DNA of 64,000 bases from Nitrosopumilus sp. (GTDB lineage: Archaea > Thermoproteota > Nitrososphaeria > Nitrososphaerales > Nitrosopumilaceae): contig OY763927.2 of NCBI GenBank assembly GCA_963667665.2, positions 736,001 through 800,000 of the forward strand. Direction: 5' to 3'. Both the position numbers and the translations under genes were made by a program. A model generated the notes under the pieces. That model did no database searches and had not been told where the DNA came from. It saw only the letters and a program-made list of their open reading frames with translations. Positions 8,600 through 18,414 of this stretch are shown here, one piece after another. Within the stretch, counting starts at the first letter, position 1, and every line of letters begins with the position of its first letter.

Positions 8600-10669
8600 T
8601 CATACAAGGTTTGCAAAAAATGAATGCAACATTTTACCCAATATTGAAAACCATGAATCTTCAGATTTAGGATCCGCTGTTGGCTCTGCAATCACTTTGC
8701 AAATTCCATCAACTGTCTCAGTTCCAGGACCACATGTTGGCACTGCAATCACTTTGCAAATTCCATCAACTGTCTCAGTTCCAGGACCACATGTTGGCAC
8801 TGCAATCACTTTGCAAATTCCATCAACTGTCTCAGTTCCAGGACCACATGTTGGCACTGCAATCACTTTGCAAATTCCATCAACTGTCTCAGTTCCAGGA
8901 CCACATGTTGGCACTGAATCTGGTATTGGTTTAGGATCCGCTGTTGGCTCTGCAAGGACAGATGGTGATGAATAAACAGCAGTGTCAAATGATTTGTCAG
9001 CAGGCTGATTTAAGGTCTCGGAGCACAAAACACCACCGCAAACCCTAGAGTCTAAAGTATTGCCAGAACCTCCCCCTCCGGAAGATCTTGTTTTAGTAGA
9101 TTCAGAGGTTACTCCGGAAGATCTTGTTTTAGTAGATTCAGAGGTTACTGCGTCAGCTGCAATGGCATTGTTTATTTGATCATTTTGTTGAGAATCTGGA
9201 TGACATGTATTGTTTGTTTGTGTGTATGTGTTTGTACTCTGTGGATCAAGGATGTCATTTAGCAGTTTTGCCCTAGTACAGTCGGGGATATCATTTAACG
9301 TATTTTCCAAGAATGTTCCCAATTCAGGACTATCACTTCTATACCCAATACGTAACCCGTCATCGTTATCACTACCCACATACTCGAAGGAGTTTGATTG
9401 TACCACCTTTATCCCCAAAGTTGACGCATAGTATGAGCTAACAACAATATCAGATATAAACACATCAGCCTCGTTATTTGCCAAAGCCTTTATTGCTTCT
9501 AAATGATTGGAATATTCTGTGTAAGACACATCTGAAAAATACTCGTCAAGTATTGTGTGGTGTGAATAAGCATTAATTATTGCTACCCTATGCTCTGCTA
9601 GGTTTTCAGATGTAATATCTTTATGACCAATCGTTACAAAAACATCTTCGTCCAAAAACAGGATGGGGCTTGTAAATCTCATAAAGTTAGAACGTTCAGG
9701 TATATCCGATACCCAAAACATGACATCTGCGTCTCTGTTTTTAACAGCATTTAATGCAGCGTCAAAATCACCTGGAACAACTGTGACAAATTCGGCACCT
9801 GTAAGAGATTCAAATCTTTCAATGTATTTTCCAGTAAGGCCGCCCACATCATTGTTATCCTTATACACTTCAAAAGGCTCCCAACTCGGATCTAATGCTA
9901 CGCGGATAGGGTCGTTAATGTCAAATGGTACTGGTTGTTCCTTAAGGGAATAATCATCACCATATATTGTTCCATTGTATACCTGTATGTCAATATCATC
10001 AGAAAAGATATCTCCAGATGAATCCCTTACAATTAGACCAATAACAAAAGTATCAGTTGTTTTGGCATTAAGAGGAATTGTATGTGTTGGACCTGTAAGA
10101 ATTGGCGGAATTACTGTATGTTGTATATCGGTATTTTGTATACTCCAACGATATGACAAACCAGCATTATCGTCATAGCCATGACTTGTTGCATCCAAAA
10201 CAACTGTAATTGACTGATCCCAAATTGAACTATACTGTAAATCATCTCTGATTTGAGTGGTGCTCAAATATGCCTTTAATTCATCATAGCTTGCATATTT
10301 TGAAATTATAATGTCTCTACCTGCACTTAAAACAATTTTTTTCTTGTCAAAGAAAAAAGTATCATCACCTACAACAGTAGCATAAGAGGGAGAATATCCT
10401 TGTATTTCAATACCAAGTAAATCGCTACTTGCCTGTATAATTAACGATGTTTGATCAGCAGTAAGAATTTGTGTTGTAATGGATTTTAAGACGTACGAAT
10501 TTGCTTGTGGTTGATCTAGTATCACAAAGAAATCATCTTCTCCTGTGGGATGTGTTGCATACACAAAGTATAATGGCACACACAACATGAGCATCAGAGG
10601 TATGATTAGAAGGTTGTTTGTATAATTGAAGGTCAAATCAATCATCTGTACATATTGTTTGATAAGCAA
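8600..10669 (-). CDS. Secreted/membrane protein with type-2 solute-binding (SBP_bac_3-like) domain and CGPGT repeats
   Basis: N-terminal hydrophobic segment; IRVALDPSWEPFE...GLTGKYIERFESLTGAEF...AVKNRDADV; C-terminal PTCGPGTETVDGICKVIA x4; start uncertain. Confidence 0.8.
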   Translation of the reverse strand: MLIKQYVQMIDLTFNYTNNLLIIPLMLMLCVPLYFVYATHPTGEDDFFVILDQPQANSYVLKSITTQILTADQTSLIIQASSDLLGIEIQGYSPSYATVVGDDTFFFDKKKIVLSAGRDIIISKYASYDELKAYLSTTQIRDDLQYSSIWDQSITVVLDATSHGYDDNAGLSYRWSIQNTDIQHTVIPPILTGPTHTIPLNAKTTDTFVIGLIVRDSSGDIFSDDIDIQVYNGTIYGDDYSLKEQPVPFDINDPIRVALDPSWEPFEVYKDNNDVGGLTGKYIERFESLTGAEFVTVVPGDFDAALNAVKNRDADVMFWVSDIPERSNFMRFTSPILFLDEDVFVTIGHKDITSENLAEHRVAIINAYSHHTILDEYFSDVSYTEYSNHLEAIKALANNEADVFISDIVVSSYYASTLGIKVVQSNSFEYVGSDNDDGLRIGYRSDSPELGTFLENTLNDIPDCTRAKLLNDILDPQSTNTYTQTNNTCHPDSQQNDQINNAIAADAVTSESTKTRSSGVTSESTKTRSSGGGGSGNTLDSRVCGGVLCSETLNQPADKSFDTAVYSSPSVLAEPTADPKPIPDSVPTCGPGTETVDGICKVIAVPTCGPGTETVDGICKVIAVPTCGPGTETVDGICKVIAVPTCGPGTETVDGICKVIAEPTADPKSEDSWFSILGKMLHSFFANLV
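8686..8916. repeat. 60-bp coding tandem repeat (~3.9 copies)
   Basis: CTGCAATCACTTTGCAAATTCCATCAACTGTCTCAGTTCCAGGACCACATGTTGGCA repeated; bracketed by direct repeat TTAGGATCCGCTGTTGGCTCTGCAA (8667, 8931). Confidence 0.95.
9078..9149. repeat. 36-bp coding tandem duplication (VTSESTKTRSSG x2)
   Basis: GAAGATCTTGTTTTAGTAGATTCAGAGGTTACT occurs twice, 36 bp apart. Confidence 0.9.
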
Positions 10670-13600
10670 TATTCTGAGAGACTAGAGATCCTGGAGATAA
10701 CAGAGATTCAGCATGCTTAAAGTTCATCCTAAAAGATACCGTGATATCATCACCTGGTGCCAAGTTTGTTGTCAACTCTTTTTTGGCATTTAGCAGCTCA
10801 AAGGTATTATCCATTTGTACTTCAATTAGAGGGGAATAGGTTAAGAGACCATCAGAGTTTGATGGGAATACGTTAAGGCTTTCTATTGTTTTAAAACCAG
10901 TATTTGTGATGGTTTGCTGTTTTACACCAGTCAGTAAGGAATAGGCATTAGCCTTGCCAAAATTCAAAGAGGGGTATTCCAGTGATATGTTACAAGATGT
11001 ATCAGTGGCTTCAAATCCTCTATCTGCAAAATATGTGCCAACTCTCTCCCAACCTGTTTGGAATATTCCATATATGGCATAATTAGCTACGGCCAAGTCG
11101 CCATATTCATCAAGGAATACATTACCTAACGCTCCCTGATTTTTCTGCACAGCAGCGGGAATGCTACTTGCAACCTCTTCAAAAGAAGCATTCAAACCTG
11201 CCACATCCCTTGCAAGGCCTATTGCCCATATAGTATCATAAGAAGAATATGCGTAGACGCTAGGTGTCTCACCGGGGAATTTATACTCTAGATTGTTGCG
11301 CAAATCAACATATTTTGTAGATGTGTAGTCTGCATCAAATATGCGTGATGTAAAATTAACATCAACTAGGAAATCCTTTATCTCCGGATCATCAACAAGA
11401 CTAGAGCTGAGTACTTGTGCATCAGAGCCTACCCAAGATACAGTACGTAAAACAGGATACTTTAGTGATTCTTGTACAATGAGATCCAACTCAAAGCCAA
11501 CATACAAAATTGCAATCTCATCAGCGTCGTAAGGTGATGTACTAACAGCATCAGCTAGTTCACGTACCAAACCTTGGAGCTGACCATCACAGGTAATATC
11601 GGATTTGTCAGTACAGGAAGCATATGTTCTAGGGGCAGTATCAACTGTACCGCCAAGTGATTTAAATTCATTGCCAGTTGAAGTTGTTAACCCGAGGCCA
11701 AATGTATCATCAATGTGTAATGGGATCAATTGTCTTTTGCCATCATTATATATTAAATTGGCAATGACAATGCCGTGTTTGTCATCGCTTGCAGCTAGCC
11801 TGAATATGTTGTCAATCTCTTTGAGGGATGGAGCAGTAGAGCAACAGCTAACCAAGGACAAGTTTGCACCCTCAGATTCAATGAGGTCAGTCTTTATCTT
11901 TGTTAATCCAGATGATATTGATGGACCAGAGATAAAAGAGATGCCGTTTTCATAAAGTGTTCTAGCCGCAGCTAGAGACGCAGTAGGATTAACCTGGGAA
12001 TCCATAATATCTACGGATAGTCGCCAGTCTGCATTATTTTCTATCAGATATCCATTAAAGTCAGATACTGCTACAATGGTAGCATATTTTCTGTGGGCGC
12101 CAGCATTATCTTGCCTACCAGACTCTGGAACTATGGCACCAATATCAATTATGGTCTTGTCTGTTCTCTCCCAAATTGGATCTTGGTTATCGTTAGTTAC
12201 TATACTAAATGTGTGATAACTGTTAGGGGTATGTAAATCACCAACACTATCTAGAACATATTGTCCTAATGCGCCATTGTATGAATTTTCAGTATCATCC
12301 AAATGATCCTTTATGGACGTATAGTCCTCCGCATATTCAATTCCCAGGTTACCTAAAAGTGAGACTGTATCATATACAGGGTCGTGATATGAATGGTAAT
12401 TTACACCAAGTGAGGATAAGTTGTCTTTTAATTCCAGTGATATTATATTTGGCTCTATACCAAACGCAATAGAAGTAAAGTTTACTTGGTTAGCAAATTC
12501 AGATGCAGTCAAATGGTTTGGTATGGTGGAGTCACTTACAATGCCACCAGGTGTATACCATTCAATATCACGCAATATACTATTTGGATTAATATCAATA
12601 GACAAATTAATAAAATTAGAACTGCCACCAATGAGTAATACTGCTATATTTTTGGAATTAACGCCTTCATCAGATATCGTACTAACAGAAGATTCTAAAC
12701 TAGTTACCATGTCGGTATAAACTGTATCAGCAGTAATTACATGGATATTGGCATCAGGGACAGCAGGTCTAAAAGAGTCCGCATAGTTTCTGCCCCATTC
12801 ATCATTAAAATATACAATTATAAGGGATGTTTTTTCATCACGTGATAAAAGATCTATTAATGCTCGTTTTTCATGTTCCAGAGTTGGTTGCAGTCTGTAT
12901 ATGTTATCCTCTACGGCAAGTGATGTAGCAGTAGATGTAGGGGAGATTAAAATAGAATCAGTAGAGTCAAAAAAGGGCTTTGCATATATAATTGATTGGC
13001 TGACAGTAAGTCCTAGAAAATATTTCGTCTTTTCATCAATAATATATGCAGAAGCAAAAACCAAATCATCATGTAAGACAAACCATGCCCTTCTAGTCTG
13101 CTCTAGACCAGTTGCAGGATCTTCAAGTGTGTAACTTACCCAAGTGCCACCAGATTGCAAATCAGATAGAATCACTTCAGGGTGCCTGTCAGGTATACCA
13201 ATAGATAAAGAATTAACACCGATTCTAGAAGAGTCTTGGGCGTGTGCAACTATATCATAAGTGACAGAATCAATTACAAATGGATAAAACAAGTCAGTGG
13301 CTGGATCAAACGTACCGTCAATTCCTGCAAACTTGTCACCAATAGAGATACTATCATATGCGGTAATTGCTTCGTTAATTACTGCCTCTAAGTATGGCTT
13401 GTGACCATCATCTCCAATGGGAGGGTTGTAACCTGCACCAACAAGATATCCGGATTCCGCATGATACACTATCAAAGAACGTTTTATACCACTGCTGTCA
13501 GTTGCGACATTCTCAAACTCATACTGCCACCACATCTCACTAGGAGCAGTACTAGAAGTAAATCTATCATATACAAAAGAGAAATCCATGTCAGGATTAG

Positions 13601-15317
13601 TTATAACCAAATCAGCAGATGTTCCAACCAAACTAGGAACAGTGCCATGAGCTATAATCACACCTTTACTGTCTACAACAAATGGATAAGGGTCTTGTGT
13701 ATAAGTGCCATCTATTGAAAATCCATTTGTAGTAGTGTACCCATTGATGGCCTTTTCAATTTCAACTTTTAATGAGGAATAGTAATAGTCATCATATGTG
13801 CCATAGTATAGTGTATTTAATGCTGAAAAAGGTCCATTACTTGTGTTTATGGTGTGAAGGGATATGCTGTTATTATCATGATCATTATTAAAATCCTGAT
13901 TGGCTAGAGCCATAGTTACTGCAAAGTCATCATCATAAAACAGAATATTATCCAAGCTAAGCAATACACCGACATTTATGATATTTGTAGGATCATCATA
14001 TGTTACAATCAAACTGCCATCTGCATAATATGTAGCAATTCGCACCCAAGCACCATCCTCTATACCATATACTCCAAAGTCAGCAGTATCCAAATCGCCA
14101 TATTCATCTAGTGTGACATCACCTAGTGTGCCATCATCATTATTATTTATGGCAGTAACAAGATCCACATCATCATAGGTATAGCCGGAACCACCAGCTG
14201 ATTCTATTGCCAAGCCTATTGCCCATATACTGTCATATGCGGAATATACGTACTTTAATGGAGTCATACCAGGATATTGCTTATTCAACGCTGTTTGTAA
14301 TGATGTAAATCTTGCAGTGTCTGATTCAAACTCAAAGGTGTATGTTCTAAAGTTTGTATCAGATAAAAAGTCGGCAATATTTTTGTTATCTACAAGCTCT
14401 GGTTTTTGCACATCTGCATCAGAGCCTACCCATTGCACTAACCTGAGAGCAGGATACTTTGCAGATTGAGCTATAAAGGTAGGTGAGTCAAATCCTACAT
14501 AAAGAACAAAGATTCTGTCAGCGCCGTTTTGTTTGATTTGTTCTAATACAATATCATTTAGATCAGAGGCAATATCTGTGAATTGCCCATCACATGTAAT
14601 ATTGCCATTTCCAGGTTCATCAGCATTTTTATCTGTGCAATCTTTATAGGTCAATATGCCGCTACCTTTTTTATACGTTGCATCACTGTCAGACAGGGTT
14701 TGATATATTGCAGTACCTCCTAGTTTGGTAAACGTATCAGCAGTACTAGCAGATAAGCCGCGACCAAAAGGATCATCAACATATACAGGGATTACAACTG
14801 TCTTGCCTTCACCATACATTAGGTTTGCAATGACTGGTCCATGCTTTGCATCACTTGGAACCAAACGATAAATGAAATCAGGTAGAGCAAGGTCAGGTGC
14901 AGTAGAAGAATAACTGACTAGAGATAAATCTATAGTAGGATTTGCAGCAAGATATGTCTTTATTGCATCAAGAGAAGAGGAACGCGCAGGTCCGGAGATA
15001 AACTCTACGTTACCAGTTATGAGAGATTCTGTTTGTTCTAATGATGTGTCAGTATCAGATGCTGTATCTCTAATGTCTACCGCAAGACGCCAGTCTGCAT
15101 TCTTGTCAAAGAGATATTTGTTAAAATCATCTAGTGCCTGTTCTATTGCAAATTTTGCATGTACCCCAAAGAATCCAAGTGAGCCGGTTTCTGGAACCAA
15201 AGCCCCTATGAGTACCTCGTCCTGCTGCGCAGCAGCTGGATGCACAAAGGCCATACAAATTAAAACTAACATAGATGATATGAGGATAATATTCTTAGTC
15301 AACTGTGTTTTTGGCAT
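10638..15317 (-). CDS. Giant secreted protein: 3 type-1 (LivJ/ANF-receptor-like) solute-binding modules, 2 Cache-like domains, C-terminal beta-rich domain
   Basis: Signal peptide ending AAA; modules start IGALVPETG / VGVLLSL / IGAIVPESG with STAPxL...IYRL and YAYSSYD motifs; two YPFV(V/I)D...I(I/V)AH...W..Y Cache motifs. Confidence 0.85.
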   Translation of the reverse strand: MPKTQLTKNIILISSMLVLICMAFVHPAAAQQDEVLIGALVPETGSLGFFGVHAKFAIEQALDDFNKYLFDKNADWRLAVDIRDTASDTDTSLEQTESLITGNVEFISGPARSSSLDAIKTYLAANPTIDLSLVSYSSTAPDLALPDFIYRLVPSDAKHGPVIANLMYGEGKTVVIPVYVDDPFGRGLSASTADTFTKLGGTAIYQTLSDSDATYKKGSGILTYKDCTDKNADEPGNGNITCDGQFTDIASDLNDIVLEQIKQNGADRIFVLYVGFDSPTFIAQSAKYPALRLVQWVGSDADVQKPELVDNKNIADFLSDTNFRTYTFEFESDTARFTSLQTALNKQYPGMTPLKYVYSAYDSIWAIGLAIESAGGSGYTYDDVDLVTAINNNDDGTLGDVTLDEYGDLDTADFGVYGIEDGAWVRIATYYADGSLIVTYDDPTNIINVGVLLSLDNILFYDDDFAVTMALANQDFNNDHDNNSISLHTINTSNGPFSALNTLYYGTYDDYYYSSLKVEIEKAINGYTTTNGFSIDGTYTQDPYPFVVDSKGVIIAHGTVPSLVGTSADLVITNPDMDFSFVYDRFTSSTAPSEMWWQYEFENVATDSSGIKRSLIVYHAESGYLVGAGYNPPIGDDGHKPYLEAVINEAITAYDSISIGDKFAGIDGTFDPATDLFYPFVIDSVTYDIVAHAQDSSRIGVNSLSIGIPDRHPEVILSDLQSGGTWVSYTLEDPATGLEQTRRAWFVLHDDLVFASAYIIDEKTKYFLGLTVSQSIIYAKPFFDSTDSILISPTSTATSLAVEDNIYRLQPTLEHEKRALIDLLSRDEKTSLIIVYFNDEWGRNYADSFRPAVPDANIHVITADTVYTDMVTSLESSVSTISDEGVNSKNIAVLLIGGSSNFINLSIDINPNSILRDIEWYTPGGIVSDSTIPNHLTASEFANQVNFTSIAFGIEPNIISLELKDNLSSLGVNYHSYHDPVYDTVSLLGNLGIEYAEDYTSIKDHLDDTENSYNGALGQYVLDSVGDLHTPNSYHTFSIVTNDNQDPIWERTDKTIIDIGAIVPESGRQDNAGAHRKYATIVAVSDFNGYLIENNADWRLSVDIMDSQVNPTASLAAARTLYENGISFISGPSISSGLTKIKTDLIESEGANLSLVSCCSTAPSLKEIDNIFRLAASDDKHGIVIANLIYNDGKRQLIPLHIDDTFGLGLTTSTGNEFKSLGGTVDTAPRTYASCTDKSDITCDGQLQGLVRELADAVSTSPYDADEIAILYVGFELDLIVQESLKYPVLRTVSWVGSDAQVLSSSLVDDPEIKDFLVDVNFTSRIFDADYTSTKYVDLRNNLEYKFPGETPSVYAYSSYDTIWAIGLARDVAGLNASFEEVASSIPAAVQKNQGALGNVFLDEYGDLAVANYAIYGIFQTGWERVGTYFADRGFEATDTSCNISLEYPSLNFGKANAYSLLTGVKQQTITNTGFKTIESLNVFPSNSDGLLTYSPLIEVQMDNTFELLNAKKELTTNLAPGDDITVSFRMNFKHAESLLSPGSLVSQNIAYQTICTDD

Positions 15318-15418
15318 ATTGTATCAATTTAAATATTTATTTTTAAGGTTCTGTAAAGTTATAGTGATATGGAAATATGGATTTTATCCAGATTGAAAAA
15401 TCATACCTATATAGAATA

Positions 15419-15918
15419 CTAGAGTGTGGTTTGTTTTCCTTTAGGCTCTGGTTTTGATTGTGGAGCCTTAACAAAATCTTCCAAAGATGGAAGTTTTGGC
15501 ACAGTTCCGTCAAAATAATCCGATATTGAATAAATCTGTAATTTCGGATATTTTTCTCCCAACGGTGTATCGAATATTCCTGTCGTTGCAGCTGCCTCTT
15601 TCATCTTTCTTGTAGGCTCTCTAAGACAGATAAACACGCCTAGTTCTGCCTTTTCGCTGTCCATTGTTCCAACCAAATCCCTTACCATTCCCGGATTCAG
15701 ACTGTCACCATCCTTTACCGATACAATGACTTTGGCATCTATTCTTTTTCCGTCTTTGTCTTTTCCCAGTTGGATATATCCTACTCCGTCAATGCCCTTG
15801 TCTCCAACTTGTTTTCTGTTTGGCAATACATTTGGAATTAAGATGACAGCCCATGCCTCGAACTGTAATTTGTTTCGTCTTGCTAGGTCAACGGTAGATT
15901 CAAAGGAATTGGGTGTGC
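15419..15918 (-). pseudogene. 5'-truncated Mrr-like restriction endonuclease domain (likely C-terminus of a methylase-Mrr fusion)
   Basis: QFEAWAV...GDKGIDG...IVSVKDG...MVRDLVGTM...YPKLQI; recognisable sequence stops at IS-like end 15919. Confidence 0.7.
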
Positions 15919-15979
15919 TGTACTGTAAAGTTAGGGTGTCATAGCAATAATTCATTAAGATATGAAGATGTAAATCATC

Positions 15980-16111
15980 TCAAAAAAATTCAGGTTTACA
16001 GTAGTGTTTATGACAATAATCACAAACTATTCCATTTGGTTCTTTGATACGTTCGTCACAACTTCTACAGATAGTTTTACTGTCAAAATATCTAACACTA
16101 GATTCTTTCAC
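15980..16111 (-). CDS. Small Cys-rich zinc-finger-like protein (43 aa)
   Basis: Manual translation MKESSVRYFDSKTICRSCDERIKEPNGIVCDYCHKHYCKPEFF (GTG start); lay 2 nt after the stop of 17259..17918 before the IS inserted. Confidence 0.5.
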   Translation of the reverse strand: MKESSVRYFDSKTICRSCDERIKEPNGIVCDYCHKHYCKPEFF

Positions 16112-16119
16112 AACTAATT

Positions 16120-17256
16120 GAGACTTGGGCATAATCAATTCTAATTTTTAATCAATTTCTCAAATTATTGAAATGAAAAAAGCTAAGGATCTTTACAATA
16201 TTATTTCATTGCAACATGAATGTAAAAATCCCCAGCAATATTTTATTAGAATCATTTCTTATGGGTGTTTTGTATCTGGTTGGAACACTATCTCTGTATG
16301 AGGATGCAATTAGACGAGGACGACCATATGTCTATTCAACTGTTCTAATGGTACAGCTATACATCATAAAGTCATAGATGAGAATTCCAAGTAACAATAC
16401 ATTGCATTATTTTCTCTCCATCAAATGTACCAATGACAAACTACTCAAGGTTTGCAGATTAAATCAAATTCCTGACAGAAGAACAATTGACAGAAGATTT
16501 CAGAACCCTCCAACCTCTCAGATTGTTGGTACGATGGGAAATCTGTTTATATCTGAGAAATTAGTTGATGATACATCTGTATCAGTTGATAGTTCAATGC
16601 TAAAAGCAGATGGTCCAGTGTGGCACAAATCTGACATGAAGAATAATCGTTTACCAATTGCAGGAATTGATACAGATGCCAAGTGGGGATTCTCTAAATC
16701 AAAGGGCTGGGTATTTGGGTATAAACTGCACATGAGTTGTAGTACGGGAAGATTAATTGTTCCATTATCTGCTGATCTTACCACTGCAAATGTTCATGAC
16801 AGTAAACCATATGATAAATTGATTGATTCACTTACAGAATTAATCCAAAACATATTGTGTGATCCAGCATACGATGATGGTTCATTATACGAATCAACTA
16901 ACAATTATGCTATGAGATTAATTTGCCCAATCAAAAAGTATCCTCGTACTCCCCCAGATAGAATGAAACTAATAGAATTTTACAATTCTAAGAAGGGTCA
17001 AGAATTATACTCTCAGAGAAAGATATCAATTGAACCACTCTTTGAGATACTCAAAGACACGTTTAACATTAGAGTATTGCCAGTGAAAGGATTTGAGAAA
17101 GTGAAATCATTTGTATTGATTTGTGTTTTGGTGTATCAGTTGGCAGTTTATTACAATTGTATTGTTGGTAATGAGAATCCAAGGATTGTGAAAAGAATGT
17201 TTTGTTGTTAAAGAATCGTTTTGATTTTATTTTGTAAATCATTATGCCCAAGTCTC
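16120..17256 (+). mobile_element. Insertion sequence with DDE_Tnp_1-type transposase (IS4/IS5/IS982-like; family uncertain)
   Basis: Perfect 16-bp TIR GAGACTTGGGCATAAT (16120-16135, 17241-17256); 8-bp TSD AACTAATT (16112-16119, 17257-17264). Confidence 0.92.
16216..17211 (+). pseudogene. Transposase with in-frame amber stop
   Basis: Frame from ATG 16216 (RRGRPYVYS) interrupted by TAG at 16375-16377; VDSSML, DTDAKWG...GWVFGYKLH, DPAYD, RKISIEPLF. Confidence 0.85.
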
Positions 17257-17258
17257 AA

Positions 17259-17918
17259 CTAATTATCCATTTTTGTAACTTGATAAAATTTGATATTTCC
17301 TTTTTGACTTACAACTTTCAACCAACCCAAATGCACAAAAATTTGAAATGCAGATCTTGAAGGTAATCTATTGTTACCGCATGCTTTTTGTTCAATGTTT
17401 TCAATCCATTTTCTAATAAATGGTTTATCTTTGTTAATTTTTGAAACTTTTAGGGTAGCTTTCCATATTTTAGATATTCGTGAATCTTTTGCTTCCAGTG
17501 ATCCTAAAATAATTTTGTATGGTTTTACATTAGGTTTTGTTTTAATGAGTACAATCCAATCATTAGGATCATCAATTTTTGTACAAAAATAATAAAATCC
17601 TCTGTTTGGATATCCTCTACTACTTGCATCTTTGAATTCTTGGCGTAAATTCTTAAGATCTTTTTCATCAGGTTGAATCATATTTGATTTTGCTTCAAAA
17701 GGTTCATTCTTGATAATTGTTTGAATCTCTTGTCCTTTCTCTGAAAAATTTAATGTGTAAAATGGTAAAGGGTTGTCTCTATACTCTTCAATGATTTTAT
17801 CTGCTCTTAATTCCTCATAAGCAGTTTGAGTATTTCTTTCAAAATTACTTGTAAATGTTTTGAATAATTCATCTTCATTTCTTATTCTATAATTTGTACC
17901 TCTCATTTTTCGATACAT
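17259..17918 (-). CDS. Hypothetical protein, possible C-terminal winged helix
   Basis: 219-aa ORF; C-terminus SRSAFQIFVHLGWLKVVSQKGNIKFYQV. Confidence 0.65.
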   Translation of the reverse strand: MYRKMRGTNYRIRNEDELFKTFTSNFERNTQTAYEELRADKIIEEYRDNPLPFYTLNFSEKGQEIQTIIKNEPFEAKSNMIQPDEKDLKNLRQEFKDASSRGYPNRGFYYFCTKIDDPNDWIVLIKTKPNVKPYKIILGSLEAKDSRISKIWKATLKVSKINKDKPFIRKWIENIEQKACGNNRLPSRSAFQIFVHLGWLKVVSQKGNIKFYQVTKMDN

Positions 17919-17993
17919 GAAAAATTTTACAATTTTTCTTTTTCATTCTTCAACTGTAAACAACAATTAAGCTTTATCGATCCATTATATATT

Positions 17994-18051
17994 AATTGCC
18001 ACCATTGGCAATTTAATAGAGTAAATATGAGCTCTAATCGCCAAATTTGGC
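17994..18051. promoter_or_regulatory. Two GCCA-N4-TGGC palindromic operators in a divergent promoter
   Basis: AATTGCCACCATTGGCAATT (17994-18013) and GCCAAATTTGGC (18040-18051). Confidence 0.55.
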
Positions 18052-18084
18052 AAATCTTATATTATCTTAATTCTATAGTTATGT

Positions 18085-18414
18085 ATGGAAATATTAGAAA
18101 AAGAAGAGGATGTACAACTTCCGCTAACTCGATTATTTCCAACTGCAAATGCAAAAGTTCTAGACTTTCTTTTGACAAATGAAGGATTGCAATACACAGA
18201 AGATGAAATTTCAGAACTAACTGTAATTCCATCAAGAACTCTACAAAGAAGTATTCAAAACCTCCTTTCAGAAAAAGTGATAAAACGTGAAAAAAAGACT
18301 GGACGTACTTATTACTATACTGCCAATCTTTCAGCACCACGAGTTAGTAGTTTGTTAAGTTACATCAACTCTACAATGATGACTAGTTTGGATGAAGCGA
18401 TACAAGGAAAATAA
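18085..18414 (+). CDS. Winged-helix transcriptional regulator
   Basis: KVLDFLL...YTEDEISELTVIPSRTLQRSIQNLLSEKVIKREKKTGRTYYY. Confidence 0.85.
   Translation: MEILEKEEDVQLPLTRLFPTANAKVLDFLLTNEGLQYTEDEISELTVIPSRTLQRSIQNLLSEKVIKREKKTGRTYYYTANLSAPRVSSLLSYINSTMMTSLDEAIQGK

Noticed and set aside
8686-8916. 60-bp periodic repeat as a CRISPR array
   Set aside because: Units are contiguous and identical with no unique spacers, lie in frame within a CDS, and no cas genes are present
8600-15317. Diversity-generating retroelement target
   Set aside because: No reverse transcriptase and no TR/VR pair with adenine-specific differences seen
15921-16003. 83-bp MITE with TACTGTAAA inverted ends
   Set aside because: Only 9 bp match, no TSD, and the right arm falls in the Cys-rich ORF codons (HYCKP)
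16375-16377. Pyrrolysine read-through of the amber codon (also TAG at 62053)
   Set aside because: No pyl genes seen and none known in this lineage; a nonsense mutation is simpler
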